A stretch of DNA of 64,000 nt from Thermoanaerobaculia bacterium (GCA_963664405.1 OY761158.1:4384001-4448000); one strand, 5' to 3'. Numbered from the stretch's first letter, positions 1-10,293 are shown. Notes: a model not told the origin generated them from the sequence alone. Numbers and translations are program-made.

Positions 1-580
1 CGAGATTCCCGATTTCGACGATCTGGGTTTGTGGTCGTGCGGTTCGGCGAGGTTCAGTCGGCATGGCAGCCTCCTCGAAACTGCGGTGGCTGCCGTGGAC
101 CGGTCCGCTGCCGGCTATACGGCTTCTGAACTCGAGCTCCTGCTGCAGGTCGAGGTCAAGCACGCGATGTTGCACCTCGTTCGTCGCAAGAGAATCGTAC
201 GATCCAGAGTTGGGAAGAGGTTCGTATACTTGTGCTCGGAAACAGGGCGCCGTCGTCAGCAGAAGCTGATGCGCAACGAACGGCAGGCTCTCCAGGATGT
301 AGCTGCCAGCCTCGTTCCAGAAGTGCTCCCCGAGGAGCTCAGGGCTGCCATCGTTTTATTCTTCAGCCTGCTAGACGAACGCCAGCGGCGGCTCTTCGCT
401 GGCCTGGAAGCGACCAAGCTCGGGCATGGCGGCGACCGGAAGATCGCCGATCTTCTGGACCTGGACCCTCATACAGTCGCAAAAGGACGTCGCGAGCTCT
501 TCGGCGGCTCCGTGGAGCGCGGAAGAGTTCGAAGAGCAGGCGGTGGCAACCAACGAGTGGAAAAAAAACGCCCGAGATAG
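1..580 (+). CDS. ISAzo13 transposase N-terminal ORF (HTH part, 5' partial)
   Basis: LDERQRRLFAGLEA..LGHGG...TVAKGR motif; the ORF ends just after the A8 run at 561-568. Confidence 0.75.
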   Translation, partial: EIPDFDDLGLWSCGSARFSRHGSLLETAVAAVDRSAAGYTASELELLLQVEVKHAMLHLVRRKRIVRSRVGKRFVYLCSETGRRRQQKLMRNERQALQDVAASLVPEVLPEELRAAIVLFFSLLDERQRRLFAGLEATKLGHGGDRKIADLLDLDPHTVAKGRRELFGGSVERGRVRRAGGGNQRVEKKRPR

Positions 581-1626
581 TCGATGGAATCCATTCCATA
601 CTCGAGGCCGATATAGCTGGTGATCCCATGTCATCAAAAAGATGGACGCACGAGACCGCTGCAAAGGTGGCCCAATGCCTTGCCGAACGCCTTGACATCA
701 TCGTATCGGCTACGGTGGTGCGTCGATTGCTCGCAGACCTGAACTATTCCCTCAAGAGCAATAGGAAATGTCTGTCTTCGGGGAACTCCCCAGATCGTGA
801 TGCACAGTTCAAGGCCATCAAGCGACTGCGCGAGGATTTCACAAGCGCTGGCGACCCGATCATCAGCGTCGATACGAAGAAGAAGGAGCTGATCGGTCGG
901 TTCAAGAACCAGGGACAGACATGGTGCCGCGAGGCCAAGCGGGTCAAGGATCACGACTTCCGGTCCGAAGCTCTCGCCATCGCCTCCCCCTATGGGATCT
1001 ACGATCTTCAGAGGAACTTCGGCGTTCTCGTCCTCGGACAGTCGTCGGACACGCCGGAGTTCGCTGTCAACAGCATCGCGACCTGGTGGCTCAAATACGG
1101 TCGATCTCACTATCCGGCGTCTCAGCGTCTCCTCATTCTTGCCGACAGCGGCGCAAGCAACGGCGCACGGCTTCGAGCCTGGAAGAAGTACCTCCAGGAG
1201 AAGCTCGTAGACAAGTGCGGCCTCATCATCACCGTCGCCCACTATCCAACTGGCACCAGTAAATGGAATCCCATCGAGCACAGGATGTTCAGCGAGATCA
1301 GCAAGAACTGGGCCGGAGTTCCTCTCGAGAGTTTCGAGATCCTCGTCAACCTCGTCCGCAACACGACGACATCCACCGGACTGCGCGTCGAGCCGTGCCG
1401 TGATCAACGCCAATACCAGAAAGGAGTCAGGGTATCGGACAAGGAAATGCTGCAGCTCGCGGTGGCCAGGAGCGACTTCCTAGGAAAGTGGAACTACACC
1501 CTCTCGCCGAGACCGCGAACCGAGCAGGAAGAGCTTGCCCCACAGCCTGGGCTCAGCTCACCACCACCTCCAATGCAGCGACCGCCCTGTGGCGCCTCGG
1601 CCTCACACGCTCCGGCGATAATGTGA
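561..1626 (+). CDS. ISAzo13 transposase catalytic ORF, joined by -1 frameshift at A8
   Basis: The frame of ORF 232..1626 becomes transposase-like from KKTPEI onward (AGDPMS..WT, DTKKKE, HDF). Confidence 0.85.
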
Positions 1627-1693
1627 AGTTATTTCCGCGCCGACCCTTAGGAGACCCTGTGGCTCTTGAATAGAGCTGCAGGGTACTTTTTCT

Positions 1694-2386
1694 TTAGTCG
1701 CTGGGCCGGCTTCTGTTCTCGTACAGTTTGGCGAGACGCTGGGGCGGAGCCCCCAGGAAGTAGAGCAACCAGATCAGCCAATTGGTGGCGACCGTGCGCA
1801 CGATGCCGTGCTTCGTGAAGCGCCTGGCAGAAGTGGTTACGTGCGCCGGCAGGATCGCGATCTCACCGCGTCGGCCGATGCGGCGGATGAGGTCGAGATC
1901 CTCGAGAATGGGCCAGTCTCGAAAACCGCCAAGCTCGCGAAAGATCTTGGCGCTGATGAACTGGGCTTGATCGCCCAGCGGCGCTCGCAAGAGGAGGGTA
2001 CGAAGATTGACGATTCGAGCCCCGAGTGCAAAGAGTCGACTCGAGTCATCGAAGCTCACGCGAAAGCCTCCCCCCGCGGCCCCTCCTTTCGCTGCCTCGT
2101 CGATGAGGTGCCGTGCCCTCGGAGGCAGGCGAGTGTCGGCGTGCAGGAAGAGAAGCGTTTCAGCCCCTTCCTCCAGAGCATCAGCCGCCCCGGCGTTGAG
2201 CTGTGTACCGCGTCCAGGCGCCGACTTGACCACTCTTGCTCCCAGCCGACTGGCGATCTCGACCGAGCCGTCGACGCTGCCGCCGTCAACCACTACGGTC
2301 AGGTCCGCGACCTCGACAGCAGCCTCGAGGTTCTCGAGCAAGGATTCCGCTTCGTTGATTACGGGGATGACGATGCCGAGTCGCAT
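1694..2386 (-). CDS. GT2 glycosyltransferase (TIGR04283-like)
   Basis: IVIPVINE, VVDGGS.DG, GRG.QLNAGA, LLFLHADT, GDQAQF, EDLDL, TSARRF motifs. Confidence 0.85.
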   Translation of the reverse strand: MRLGIVIPVINEAESLLENLEAAVEVADLTVVVDGGSVDGSVEIASRLGARVVKSAPGRGTQLNAGAADALEEGAETLLFLHADTRLPPRARHLIDEAAKGGAAGGGFRVSFDDSSRLFALGARIVNLRTLLLRAPLGDQAQFISAKIFRELGGFRDWPILEDLDLIRRIGRRGEIAILPAHVTTSARRFTKHGIVRTVATNWLIWLLYFLGAPPQRLAKLYENRSRPSD

Positions 2387-2419
2387 TGGGGGTGCTAGCA
2401 TAGCGAGCCCCGGCGCAGC

Positions 2420-2926
2420 ATGAGCTCGAAAAAACTCACGCATGTCGATGCATCCGGGCGCCCAGCCATGGTTGACGTCTCCGAGAAGGCGATCACCCGG
2501 CGAGTAGCAGAGGCCTCTTGCCGAGTGCTCCTCTCCGCCGAGACCCGTGAATGCCTCGACAGGCTGCCCAAAGGCGATGCCCTCGTTGTAGCGCGCCTCG
2601 CCGGCATCCAGGCGGCGAAGAGGGTCGACGAATTGATCCCCCTCGCGCACAGTCTAAATCTCGAGCACGTCGATGTCGATGTTCGCCCTGCTCCTTGTGG
2701 TGCGGAGATTCGCTGTAGCGTGGTCGTGACCGGGCGGACCGGGGCGGAGATGGAGGCTCTGACCGGGTGCGCTGCCGCTGCACTGACGGTCTACGACATG
2801 GTCAAGGCGGTCGAGCGCGACGCCTCGATCACGGACCTGCGCCTCGAGGCCAAGAGTGGTGGCCGAAGCGGTGATTGGAGACGGGAGCCTTTGGGTGCCG
2901 GCTCCGAGGGCCCTGCTGGCGAATGA
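2420..2926 (+). CDS. moaC: cyclic pyranopterin monophosphate synthase
   Basis: LTHVD..G...MVDVS.K, AGIQAAKR..ELIPL.H, EMEALT, YDMVKA, KSGG. Confidence 0.95.
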   Translation: MSSKKLTHVDASGRPAMVDVSEKAITRRVAEASCRVLLSAETRECLDRLPKGDALVVARLAGIQAAKRVDELIPLAHSLNLEHVDVDVRPAPCGAEIRCSVVVTGRTGAEMEALTGCAAAALTVYDMVKAVERDASITDLRLEAKSGGRSGDWRREPLGAGSEGPAGE

Positions 2927-4098
2927 TCCGTTGCGGTCTCGATCGCCTCCTGCGTGACACGAGTAGCCTGGCGGAGCGGAGCTATGGCCTGCTCGCGCAC
3001 GGTGCTTCGGTAACGTCGGATCTCTCTCCGATCGTTCCGGCGCTGACGCGGAGTGCGGCGGGCCCCCCACTGCGCCTGTTCGCTCCCGAGCACGGTTTTT
3101 GGGGTGTGGAGCAAGACATGATCAGCGTCGATGCGCGTCGAGATCCCTATTTCGATCTCGAAACGGTTTCTCTCTATGGCAGCGACGAGGCCTCCTTGAG
3201 ACCTCAGCCCTCCTGTTTTGAGGGACTCGAAATCTTGTTGATCGATCTTCAGGACGTCGGAGCGCGCTACTACACCTACGCTGCAACTGCGATTTGGGCG
3301 GCCGAGGCAGCGCTTGCGGCGGAGGTCGAGATTTGGGTGCTCGACCGCCCCAACCCTCTCGGTGGGCTTCAGGTGGAAGGCGGTTTGCCGGATCCGGGGT
3401 TCGAGTCCTTTGTCAGTGCCTTCGACCTGCCGGTGCGTCACGGTCTGACCCTGGGAGAGCTCCATCGCTTGGAGGCACAGCGGCGGGGCTGGGACGAAGC
3501 CGGCCTGCGTATCTTGCCGGTCGAGGGGTGGCAAAGAGAGGTGCCCTCTAAGCGAGCGGGCTGGACCTGGCGGTCGCCGTCACCGAATATGCCCACCCAG
3601 GAGACAGCTTTCGTCTACCCGGGCGGCTGTCTGATCGAGGCAACAGAGCTGTCTGAGGGACGCGGGACCACTCAGCCTTTCCATCTCGTGGGTGCACCAG
3701 GCCTCGACGGTCTCGAATTGGCGAAGCGGATGAATGCTCGTGGCCTCCCCGGCGCGCGCTACCTGCCGACATGCTTTCGCCCGCAATTCCAAAAACACGG
3801 GGGTCGTGCTTGTGGTGGGGTCGAGATCGTGGTGACCGATCAAGAGGTGTTTCCGTCGTATCGCGCGGGAGTGGAGTTGTTGGAGGAGGTTTGGAGCCTG
3901 GATCCAGATGCCGCGGCCTGGCGCTCCGAGCCTTACGAGTTCGTTATTGATCGGCCGGCTATCGACCTCTTGACTGGGGGCGAGGATTGTCGCCGACTCC
4001 TCGAAGAGGGTGGTGACGTCGCAGACTGGATTGCTTCGTGGAGCGAAGGAGAGCGCTCTTTCTTGGAAGAACGCGAGTCGGTGTTGCTTTACTCCTGA
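2923..4098 (+). CDS. DUF1343 / NamZ-like exo-beta-N-acetylmuramidase
   Basis: LFAPEHG, DLQDVGARYYTY, VLDRPNP, PSPNMP, SEGRGT; ATGA overlap with moaC. Confidence 0.9.
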   Translation: MIRCGLDRLLRDTSSLAERSYGLLAHGASVTSDLSPIVPALTRSAAGPPLRLFAPEHGFWGVEQDMISVDARRDPYFDLETVSLYGSDEASLRPQPSCFEGLEILLIDLQDVGARYYTYAATAIWAAEAALAAEVEIWVLDRPNPLGGLQVEGGLPDPGFESFVSAFDLPVRHGLTLGELHRLEAQRRGWDEAGLRILPVEGWQREVPSKRAGWTWRSPSPNMPTQETAFVYPGGCLIEATELSEGRGTTQPFHLVGAPGLDGLELAKRMNARGLPGARYLPTCFRPQFQKHGGRACGGVEIVVTDQEVFPSYRAGVELLEEVWSLDPDAAAWRSEPYEFVIDRPAIDLLTGGEDCRRLLEEGGDVADWIASWSEGERSFLEERESVLLYS

Positions 4099-4101
4099 GC
4101 G

Positions 4102-4512
4102 ATGGCTGTAGTTCACGCAATTCGCGTCGACCGAGGTGTAGAGATCTTTGCGCCGCTTGTCGCTGCGCTTCTCGAGAAGGGATACCGCGTCGGGTGGCTC
4201 GAGCTGCGCGCCCCGCCCGCTCTCGACCTCCCTCTCGAGAACGCGCTCGATGCGGGTGCTTTTCGTGTTGTGGCCGTGGGTGCGGGTCGGAGTTTGGCGG
4301 CGAAGTCGATGAAGGGCTCTCCGGTGCTCGAGGACGTCTTACGAGAGTCTTTCAAGGGTTGTCGCTTGGTCTTTGTTCAGGGCGAGTCGCGACTCCCGCA
4401 GCTTCGCGCCGCGGCCGGCCAATGGGAGCTGGTCACCCCCGAAGGAGCCGTCAGGCGACTCAGCTCTGCCGAGTTTGTCCGCGCCGTCGGCCGTCCAAGT
4501 CTCCACAAATGA
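4102..4512 (+). CDS. MobB-like protein
   Basis: LVAALLEKGYRVG and ALDAGA..V segments resemble MobB; Walker A is degenerate; lies near moaC. Confidence 0.5.
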   Translation: MAVVHAIRVDRGVEIFAPLVAALLEKGYRVGWLELRAPPALDLPLENALDAGAFRVVAVGAGRSLAAKSMKGSPVLEDVLRESFKGCRLVFVQGESRLPQLRAAAGQWELVTPEGAVRRLSSAEFVRAVGRPSLHK

Positions 4513-4626
4513 TCGCGACTCGTTGGGCCGAATTCAGGAGAGGTTACCCCCTCCTACACGGGGCTCTGTTGGAGTAGGATCGGCTCGCCTCTCACGTTGG
4601 GGGGCAGGGATGGAGGGAGCCCTGGA

Positions 4627-6195
4627 ATGTACCGCATCGTCATATCAGATCCGCTCGAGAGTTCTGGCGTAGAGCGCCTACGTGAGGCTGGCGCCGAGGT
4701 GCTCGAGCTTCAAGACCGTGAGCGCCTACCGGAGATCATCGGGGAATTCGACGCTCTCATTGTGCGCAGCGGCACTCAGGTGACAGCCGAGATTCTGGAG
4801 GCCGGAACGCGCCTCAAGGTGGTTGGCAGAGCCGGAGTCGGAGTCGACAACGTCGATGTGCTGCGCGCCACGGAGCTTGGCATCCTGGTGGTCAATGCGC
4901 CGACTGCGAACCTCCTGTCAGCCACCGAGCACACCTTTGCTCTTCTGCTCTCGTTGGTGCGCCATGTCTCTGCCGCCGATAGCAAGCTGAAGGAAGGAGT
5001 GTGGGACCGCAAGGCCTTTGTTGGCCAAGAGCTCTATGGTAAGACTCTGGGGATTGTCGGTTTGGGGCAGATCGGAAAGCGGGTAGCGGATCGGGCCAAG
5101 GCGTTCGAGATGAAGGTGGTCGCCTACGACCCCTTTCTCGATGCGGAGGCCGCACGGCGGCTCGGCGTCGAGCTGATGGAGGTCGACGAGATGTTGCCCG
5201 TGGTCGACGCCCTTACTTTCCACACCCCGCTCACCGACCAGACCCGCGGTCTCCTCGGCAAAGAGCAACTGGCCAAGATGAAGGCTGGCGCCGTGGTGAT
5301 CAACTGCGGGCGAGGTGGCGTGGTCGACGAGGACGCTCTGCTCTCGGCGCTCGAGTCAGGCCATATCGGCGGCGCCGGTCTCGACGTTTTTAGCCAAGAG
5401 CCTCCGGCCAGCTTCGATCTGGTTTCACATCCCAATGTAGTGGCGACACCGCATCTCGGCGCCCAGACCAAGGAGGCTCAGCAGCGAGTAGCCACCCAGA
5501 TCACCGACATGGTGCTGGCGGCCCTCGGCGGCTCGATGTCGGTGAGTGCGGTCAATCTTCCGTTTCGGCCGGCGGCCGGTCCGAGTGAGGCTTTCTTGCT
5601 CCTCGGCGAGCAACTCGGTCGACTGGCGAGCTCGCTTTCCGGCGGTAGCGTCAAACAGATCGAGGTCGATCTGTGGGGGATCGACGATGACATGCGCGCG
5701 CCGATCTCCGTGGCCGCGACCAAGGGAGCGATGGTTCCCTTTCTCGGTGAGGTGGTGAACTTCGTCAACGCCGAGAAGATCGCTTCAGATCGCGGCATCG
5801 AAGTCGTGCGCGCGGTGCACTCACAGAGCGCCGACTATTCGCACTTGATCGGAGTTACTCTGAAGGGAGAGCAAGGAGAGATCGAGGTCCAAGGAACTCT
5901 CTATGGCAGCGGTGATCCGAGAGTCGTCGGTATTTGGGGCTTCCAGCTCGAGTTCCGACCGCAGGGGAAACTGCTGGTGCTGCGCAACGACGACATCCCG
6001 GGCTTTGTGGGACGCCTGGGCACTCTGCTCGGTGAGTCGAAGATCAATATCGCCGACATCCACCTGGCTCGCGACGAAAAATCGAATGATGCGTTGGCGG
6101 TTCTACGGCTCGATCAGGAGCCCTCGGCCGAGGTCTTGGCGCGGCTTCAGGATCTTCCCGAGGTTCAGGAGACTCACGTCTTCGATCTCGGCTGA
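4627..6195 (+). CDS. serA: D-3-phosphoglycerate dehydrogenase
   Basis: LIVRS.T, GRAGVGVDN, GLGQIG, TPHLGA and C-terminal ASB/ACT domains. Confidence 0.95.
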   Translation: MYRIVISDPLESSGVERLREAGAEVLELQDRERLPEIIGEFDALIVRSGTQVTAEILEAGTRLKVVGRAGVGVDNVDVLRATELGILVVNAPTANLLSATEHTFALLLSLVRHVSAADSKLKEGVWDRKAFVGQELYGKTLGIVGLGQIGKRVADRAKAFEMKVVAYDPFLDAEAARRLGVELMEVDEMLPVVDALTFHTPLTDQTRGLLGKEQLAKMKAGAVVINCGRGGVVDEDALLSALESGHIGGAGLDVFSQEPPASFDLVSHPNVVATPHLGAQTKEAQQRVATQITDMVLAALGGSMSVSAVNLPFRPAAGPSEAFLLLGEQLGRLASSLSGGSVKQIEVDLWGIDDDMRAPISVAATKGAMVPFLGEVVNFVNAEKIASDRGIEVVRAVHSQSADYSHLIGVTLKGEQGEIEVQGTLYGSGDPRVVGIWGFQLEFRPQGKLLVLRNDDIPGFVGRLGTLLGESKINIADIHLARDEKSNDALAVLRLDQEPSAEVLARLQDLPEVQETHVFDLG

Positions 6196-6815
6196 TTCGG
6201 AGCGCTGAGGAGGACCGCTTCGTAGCCTTCTCTAGCGAGGCTGCGACGAAGCGATAGAGCCCGCTTGTGAGTTTGTTGCCCGCCCAGGCGGACCCGGTGC
6301 CAGCCTCCTTCGGAGAGCACCGCGACGTCCGGATACTTGGGCCGAAGCTCGGCGGCGAGGAGCTCGGCTCGCTGGCGGGCCTGGAACGCTCCGACCTGCA
6401 CCACATATGCCGCAGAGGCCGGCGAAGGCAGCTCGACGACGCGGAGGCGAATCCGGGCGATACCCGCTGCCTCCATTCCCAGCTCAGCGGCGGCGGCGCG
6501 AGAGAGGTCGAGAATCCGGCCCCGCACGAAGGGTCCCCGATCATTGATGCGGACCTGGAGCGTTCGTCCGTTCTCCAGGTTCTCGACATCGACCACAGTG
6601 CCGAGCGGCAGAGTTCGATGAGCGGCCGAGATGCCGTTCATGTCGAAGACCTCGCCGCTGGCTGTTGGCTTGCCGTGAAAGCCGGGTCCGTACCATGAGG
6701 CGATACCCACCTGTTTCTTTGGTGGCCGCGAAGAGCTGCAACCGGCAGCGACGAGGGCAAGAATGAGGAGAAGAGAACGAAAGCAGACAGCGGTGCGCTG
6801 ACGGCCGCAGGTCAC
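6174..6815 (-). CDS. rlpA: septal ring lytic transglycosylase RlpA-family lipoprotein with SPOR domain
   Basis: Lipobox AAGC, GIASWYG, AAHRTLP, INDRGPF, YVVQVGAF. Confidence 0.92.
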   Translation of the reverse strand: MTCGRQRTAVCFRSLLLILALVAAGCSSSRPPKKQVGIASWYGPGFHGKPTASGEVFDMNGISAAHRTLPLGTVVDVENLENGRTLQVRINDRGPFVRGRILDLSRAAAAELGMEAAGIARIRLRVVELPSPASAAYVVQVGAFQARQRAELLAAELRPKYPDVAVLSEGGWHRVRLGGQQTHKRALSLRRSLAREGYEAVLLSAPNQPRSKT

Positions 6816-8236
6816 ACTCTCGGCTCCTCGAGCGGGGCGGGATCGAGATCTTCGAGCTGAGGGTCGACGACTTCGCGCAGGAACTCATCGACCTGCTGCG
6901 CCGCCCGACCGGTGAAAGCGATGGGGTCGAGCCGATCGACGATCTCGTCACGGCTGAGCCGGAAGTCGGGATCCGAGGCGATCAGATCGATGAGCGGGTT
7001 GGCGCCTCCGCCGGCCAGTGCCTCCTGAGCGTCGAGACTGTAGCGACGGATCTGCTCGTGGAGCTCCTGGCGATCGCCGCCACGCAAGACCGCCTCCATC
7101 AGAATGGTCTCGGTTGCCATGAAAGGCAGCTCGCGCGCAACGTGGGCCGTGATGGCGCGCTCCGGGGTGGTGAGGCCACGGGCTACGCCCGCAGCCAGGT
7201 GGAGGATGGCGTCGCAGGTGAGAAAGGCGTCAGTCAGCACGAGTCGCCGGTTCGATGAATCGTCGAGGCTCCTCTCCAGCCACTGAAGCGAGCTGGTGAG
7301 CGGACCATTCATGGCATCCGTCAGCAGACGGCGAGCCAGGCCACACATGCGCTCGGTGCGAATCGGGTTGCGCTTGTAAGCCATTGCCGAAGAGCCGACC
7401 TGGCTCGACCCGAATGGCTCCGAGAGCTCACCGAGACCCTGGAGGAGGCGTATATCGGTGCCCATCTTGTGGATAGTCTCGCCGACCCCGGCGAGTGCCA
7501 GCAGGATCTGGGAGTCCTGCTTGCGGGGGTAGGTCTGACCGGTCACGGCCCAGCTCTCATTGAACCCGAGCTTGGTCGCGATCCCGCGGTCGAGTGCTCG
7601 CACCTTTTCGTGATCACCATCGAAGAGGGTCAGGAAGCTGGCCTGGGTACCGGTAGTTCCCTTGGCTCCACGACAGCGCAGCCTTCGAGCGCGCTCTTGG
7701 ATCGCGGTGAGATCCTCGATCGTGTCCTGGAGCCACAGGCAGGCCCGCTTGCCGACAGTGGTGAGCTGCGCCGGTTGCAGGTGAGTGTAGGCGAGCGTGG
7801 GCAGGGCCCGGGTGCGGAGTGCAAAAGTGCGCAGCTCGGTCGCCAGTCGCACGAGCCGTCTTGTCACCAGGTCGAGGGCGTCGCGGAGGATCAACACATC
7901 GGTGTTGTCGGTGATGAAAGCGCTGGTGGCACCCAGATGAAGAATGCCTCCCGCCTCACCGGTCTGTTCGGCGAAGTGACGCAGGTGAGCGACGACGTCG
8001 TGGCGGGTTTGGTTCTCGAGCTCGGCAACGCGCTCGAAATCGATACTGTCGGCGCTCGCTTCGAGGCTCTCGAGCTGTTCCTTCCGGATCGGGAGCCCGA
8101 GCTCCGCTTCGACGGTCGCCAGGGCGATCCACATCTCTCGCCACTTGCGATAGCGCGATCGCGGCGCGAAGAGCGCTCGCATCTCGGCGGTGGCATAACG
8201 CTCGTGGAGTGGGTTCTGGGGCTCCGCGGAGGACAT
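6812..8236 (-). CDS. purB: adenylosuccinate lyase
   Basis: RHDVVAH, HLGATS, THLQPAQ, GSSAMAYKRNP. Confidence 0.95.
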   Translation of the reverse strand: MSSAEPQNPLHERYATAEMRALFAPRSRYRKWREMWIALATVEAELGLPIRKEQLESLEASADSIDFERVAELENQTRHDVVAHLRHFAEQTGEAGGILHLGATSAFITDNTDVLILRDALDLVTRRLVRLATELRTFALRTRALPTLAYTHLQPAQLTTVGKRACLWLQDTIEDLTAIQERARRLRCRGAKGTTGTQASFLTLFDGDHEKVRALDRGIATKLGFNESWAVTGQTYPRKQDSQILLALAGVGETIHKMGTDIRLLQGLGELSEPFGSSQVGSSAMAYKRNPIRTERMCGLARRLLTDAMNGPLTSSLQWLERSLDDSSNRRLVLTDAFLTCDAILHLAAGVARGLTTPERAITAHVARELPFMATETILMEAVLRGGDRQELHEQIRRYSLDAQEALAGGGANPLIDLIASDPDFRLSRDEIVDRLDPIAFTGRAAQQVDEFLREVVDPQLEDLDPAPLEEPRV

Positions 8237-8260
8237 GGCAACGAGAATACCAGCCGTCGC

Positions 8261-8806
8261 TCAGAGCTGCTTCATCAGGTCGCGCCAGGCTCGACCGCGG
8301 TGGCCCTCGGCGTCCTTTGCGGCGACTCCCAGCTCGGCGTAAGTCTTCGCCGATCCCGCGGGCAGAAAGACGGGGTCCCATCCGAAGCCGGCTTCGCCAC
8401 GCTCCGGCAAGACCAAGCTGCCCTCGTTGATCCCCTCTCCGATCACTCGCCGGCTGCCGTCGAAGAAGAGAACGAGACAGCGCGCCGTCGCCCTCGGGTC
8501 TCCGAGAGCTATAGCGCAGCGTGCGATGCCCTGGGCTCCGGCGGACTCCAGCATCCACTTCACCAGCGGACCCGGGAAACCCCCCAGAGCGCTGAGCTCG
8601 AGCGAGGTCTCCTCGACGACGACGGGTTTGCGCAATCTCGACCACGCTTCCATGGCCTTGGCCTCGAGCACTTCCCTCGGATCGAGTGACTGGATCTCCG
8701 GCAGATCCACCTCGGCTGCTTCGAGCTCCGCCCCGAGAATCCGGCGAGCTTCGGCAAGCTTGTGCCGGTTGCCTGTGACTAGAAGGAACGGGAGGGCGTC
8801 GGTCAC
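8261..8806 (-). CDS. non-canonical purine NTP pyrophosphatase (Ham1/RdgB family)
   Basis: VTGN.HK..E, GFPGP..KW, FGWDPVF, HRGRA. Confidence 0.9.
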   Translation of the reverse strand: MTDALPFLLVTGNRHKLAEARRILGAELEAAEVDLPEIQSLDPREVLEAKAMEAWSRLRKPVVVEETSLELSALGGFPGPLVKWMLESAGAQGIARCAIALGDPRATARCLVLFFDGSRRVIGEGINEGSLVLPERGEAGFGWDPVFLPAGSAKTYAELGVAAKDAEGHRGRAWRDLMKQL

Positions 8807-9405
8807 GAGCCTTCGAGCCTCTTATTGAGCTTGGCCACTAGTTCTTCGACCTGCTTTCGCAGCTCGTCGAGGCTACCCTCGTTGTGGAGCACGTAGTCTG
8901 CCAGAGCGATACGGGTGGCGCTGTCTGCCTGGGCCTCGAGCCGTGCCCTCGCCGAGTCTGGATCCACCCCGCGCTCGATCGCGCGAGCGATGCGAAGCTC
9001 AGGGTCGGCTTCGACCGTGACCACCGCGTCATAGCGGCTCTTGCCGCTGGTCTCAGCCAGTAGAGGGACCTCGAAGATGACGATGCCATCGGAGCTTGCC
9101 ACGAGATCCTGGAACGCCTTCCCGACCAGCGGGTGAATGGCGGCCTCGAGGCGGCGTAGGGCTGCGGTGTTGTTGAAAACCAAATCGGCGAGCTTGGGGT
9201 GCAGGACGGCTCCCGCAGAGTCGAGAAAACCCTCTCCGAAGAGGTCGCGAACCGCGGCCGCGCCAACAGCGCCCGGTCGGTAGAGCTCTGCGACCAGCGA
9301 GTCGGCGTCGGCCACGGTGCAACCTAGCTCTCGGAGCCAACGGCCGACGGTCGACTTCCCGCTGGCAATCCCCCCGGTGAGGGCGACGATGAAGCTTCGA
9401 GGCAT
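8803..9405 (-). CDS. coaE: dephospho-CoA kinase
   Basis: ALTGGIASGKST, DAD, LEAAIHP, EVPLL.E. Confidence 0.93.
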   Translation of the reverse strand: MPRSFIVALTGGIASGKSTVGRWLRELGCTVADADSLVAELYRPGAVGAAAVRDLFGEGFLDSAGAVLHPKLADLVFNNTAALRRLEAAIHPLVGKAFQDLVASSDGIVIFEVPLLAETSGKSRYDAVVTVEADPELRIARAIERGVDPDSARARLEAQADSATRIALADYVLHNEGSLDELRKQVEELVAKLNKRLEGS

Positions 9406-9406
9406 G

Positions 9407-9574
9407 CTAGTGGACCGTAACACCCAAACGTTTAGCGTCTGAGCGGCCCTCGCGGCCGATCTCTGCGTTACGCATCCTCGACATAGTCCCCGCTATGCCT
9501 GCGTCAGCGCGCCTTGATCTCGACCACGAATGACTCACTCAGCCCCTAGACGTTCGAGTGTTACGGTCCACTAG
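9407..9574. mobile_element. MITE of about 165 bp with ~29-bp terminal inverted repeats, bounded by CTAG
   Basis: CTAGTGGACCGTAACACCCAAACGTTTAG at 9407 matches the reverse complement of 9546-9574 (CTAGTGGACCGTAACACTCGAACGTCTAG); no internal ORF. Confidence 0.85.
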
Positions 9575-10293
9575 GCGTCTACCGGCTTCTTGGCCATGTA
9601 CATACACACGGTTCCAGCTGAGAGGTCCCGCCAGGTGGCGAGGACGAAGCCGGCTCGTTGCAGAGTCTCGGTCATCGCGTCGCGCTGCTGAAACTCGAGG
9701 ACCGAGTCTCGTAGGTAGTGGTAGGCCGTGCCTCGACCGCTGACGAGGCGCGCGATGGTGGGCATGAGGTGTCGGAAATAGAAGAGATAGGCATGGCGGA
9801 GGAGGACGATACGAGGAAGCGCAAACTCGAGGATGACGAGCAAGCCGCCGGGTCTGAGCGCGTCGAGCATCTCCTCGAGAGCGGCATCCACGTCGGCGAC
9901 GTTACGAATCCCGAAGGCGACGGTGACGGCCGCGAACGAATCGGTGGCAAAGGGGAGCGAGAGTGCGTCGGCAGCTGTCGCGCTTGGTGCCGCTCTAGGC
10001 GACCCACTGAACTTGCGACCCGCCCGCTGCAACATCGGTAAACAGAAATCGGCGGCGATAACGGGGAGGCGGTGGCGAGAGATAGAGAGAGCCTGGTCTC
10101 CGGTGCCGCAGCATAGGTCGAGCACCACCCCCGCGGGAGCCTCGCGAGTGACTGCCTTGGCCACCTGGCGCCGCCACAGCCGATCCAGAGAGACCGAGAG
10201 CACGCCATTGAGTAGATCGTAGCGGGGAGCGACTTTTGCGAACATGTCGCGGATGGTGGTGGCGCTCTTATCGAGCGGTGCCGAGCTGTCCAT
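9571..10293 (-). CDS. ubiE: ubiquinone/menaquinone biosynthesis C-methyltransferase (UbiE/MenG)
   Basis: MFAKVAPRYDLLN, LDLCCGTGD, AFGIRNV, YLRDSV. Confidence 0.9.
   Translation of the reverse strand: MDSSAPLDKSATTIRDMFAKVAPRYDLLNGVLSVSLDRLWRRQVAKAVTREAPAGVVLDLCCGTGDQALSISRHRLPVIAADFCLPMLQRAGRKFSGSPRAAPSATAADALSLPFATDSFAAVTVAFGIRNVADVDAALEEMLDALRPGGLLVILEFALPRIVLLRHAYLFYFRHLMPTIARLVSGRGTAYHYLRDSVLEFQQRDAMTETLQRAGFVLATWRDLSAGTVCMYMAKKPVDA

Larger units (their letters stand above)
1..1650 (+). mobile_element. ISAzo13-family IS, 5' end outside the window
   Basis: Transposase motifs (ISVDTKKKELIG, ADSGASNG, GTSKWNPIEHRMF, WNYTL). Probable right end GTGAAGTTATTTCCGCGCCGACCCTTAG at about 1623-1650. 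Confidence 0.8.

Noticed and set aside
7469-8689. Long antisense and alternate-frame ORFs (also 31033-32211, 39846-40883, 51849-53258)
   Set aside because: Shadow ORFs of real genes in high-GC DNA, with no recognisable motifs.
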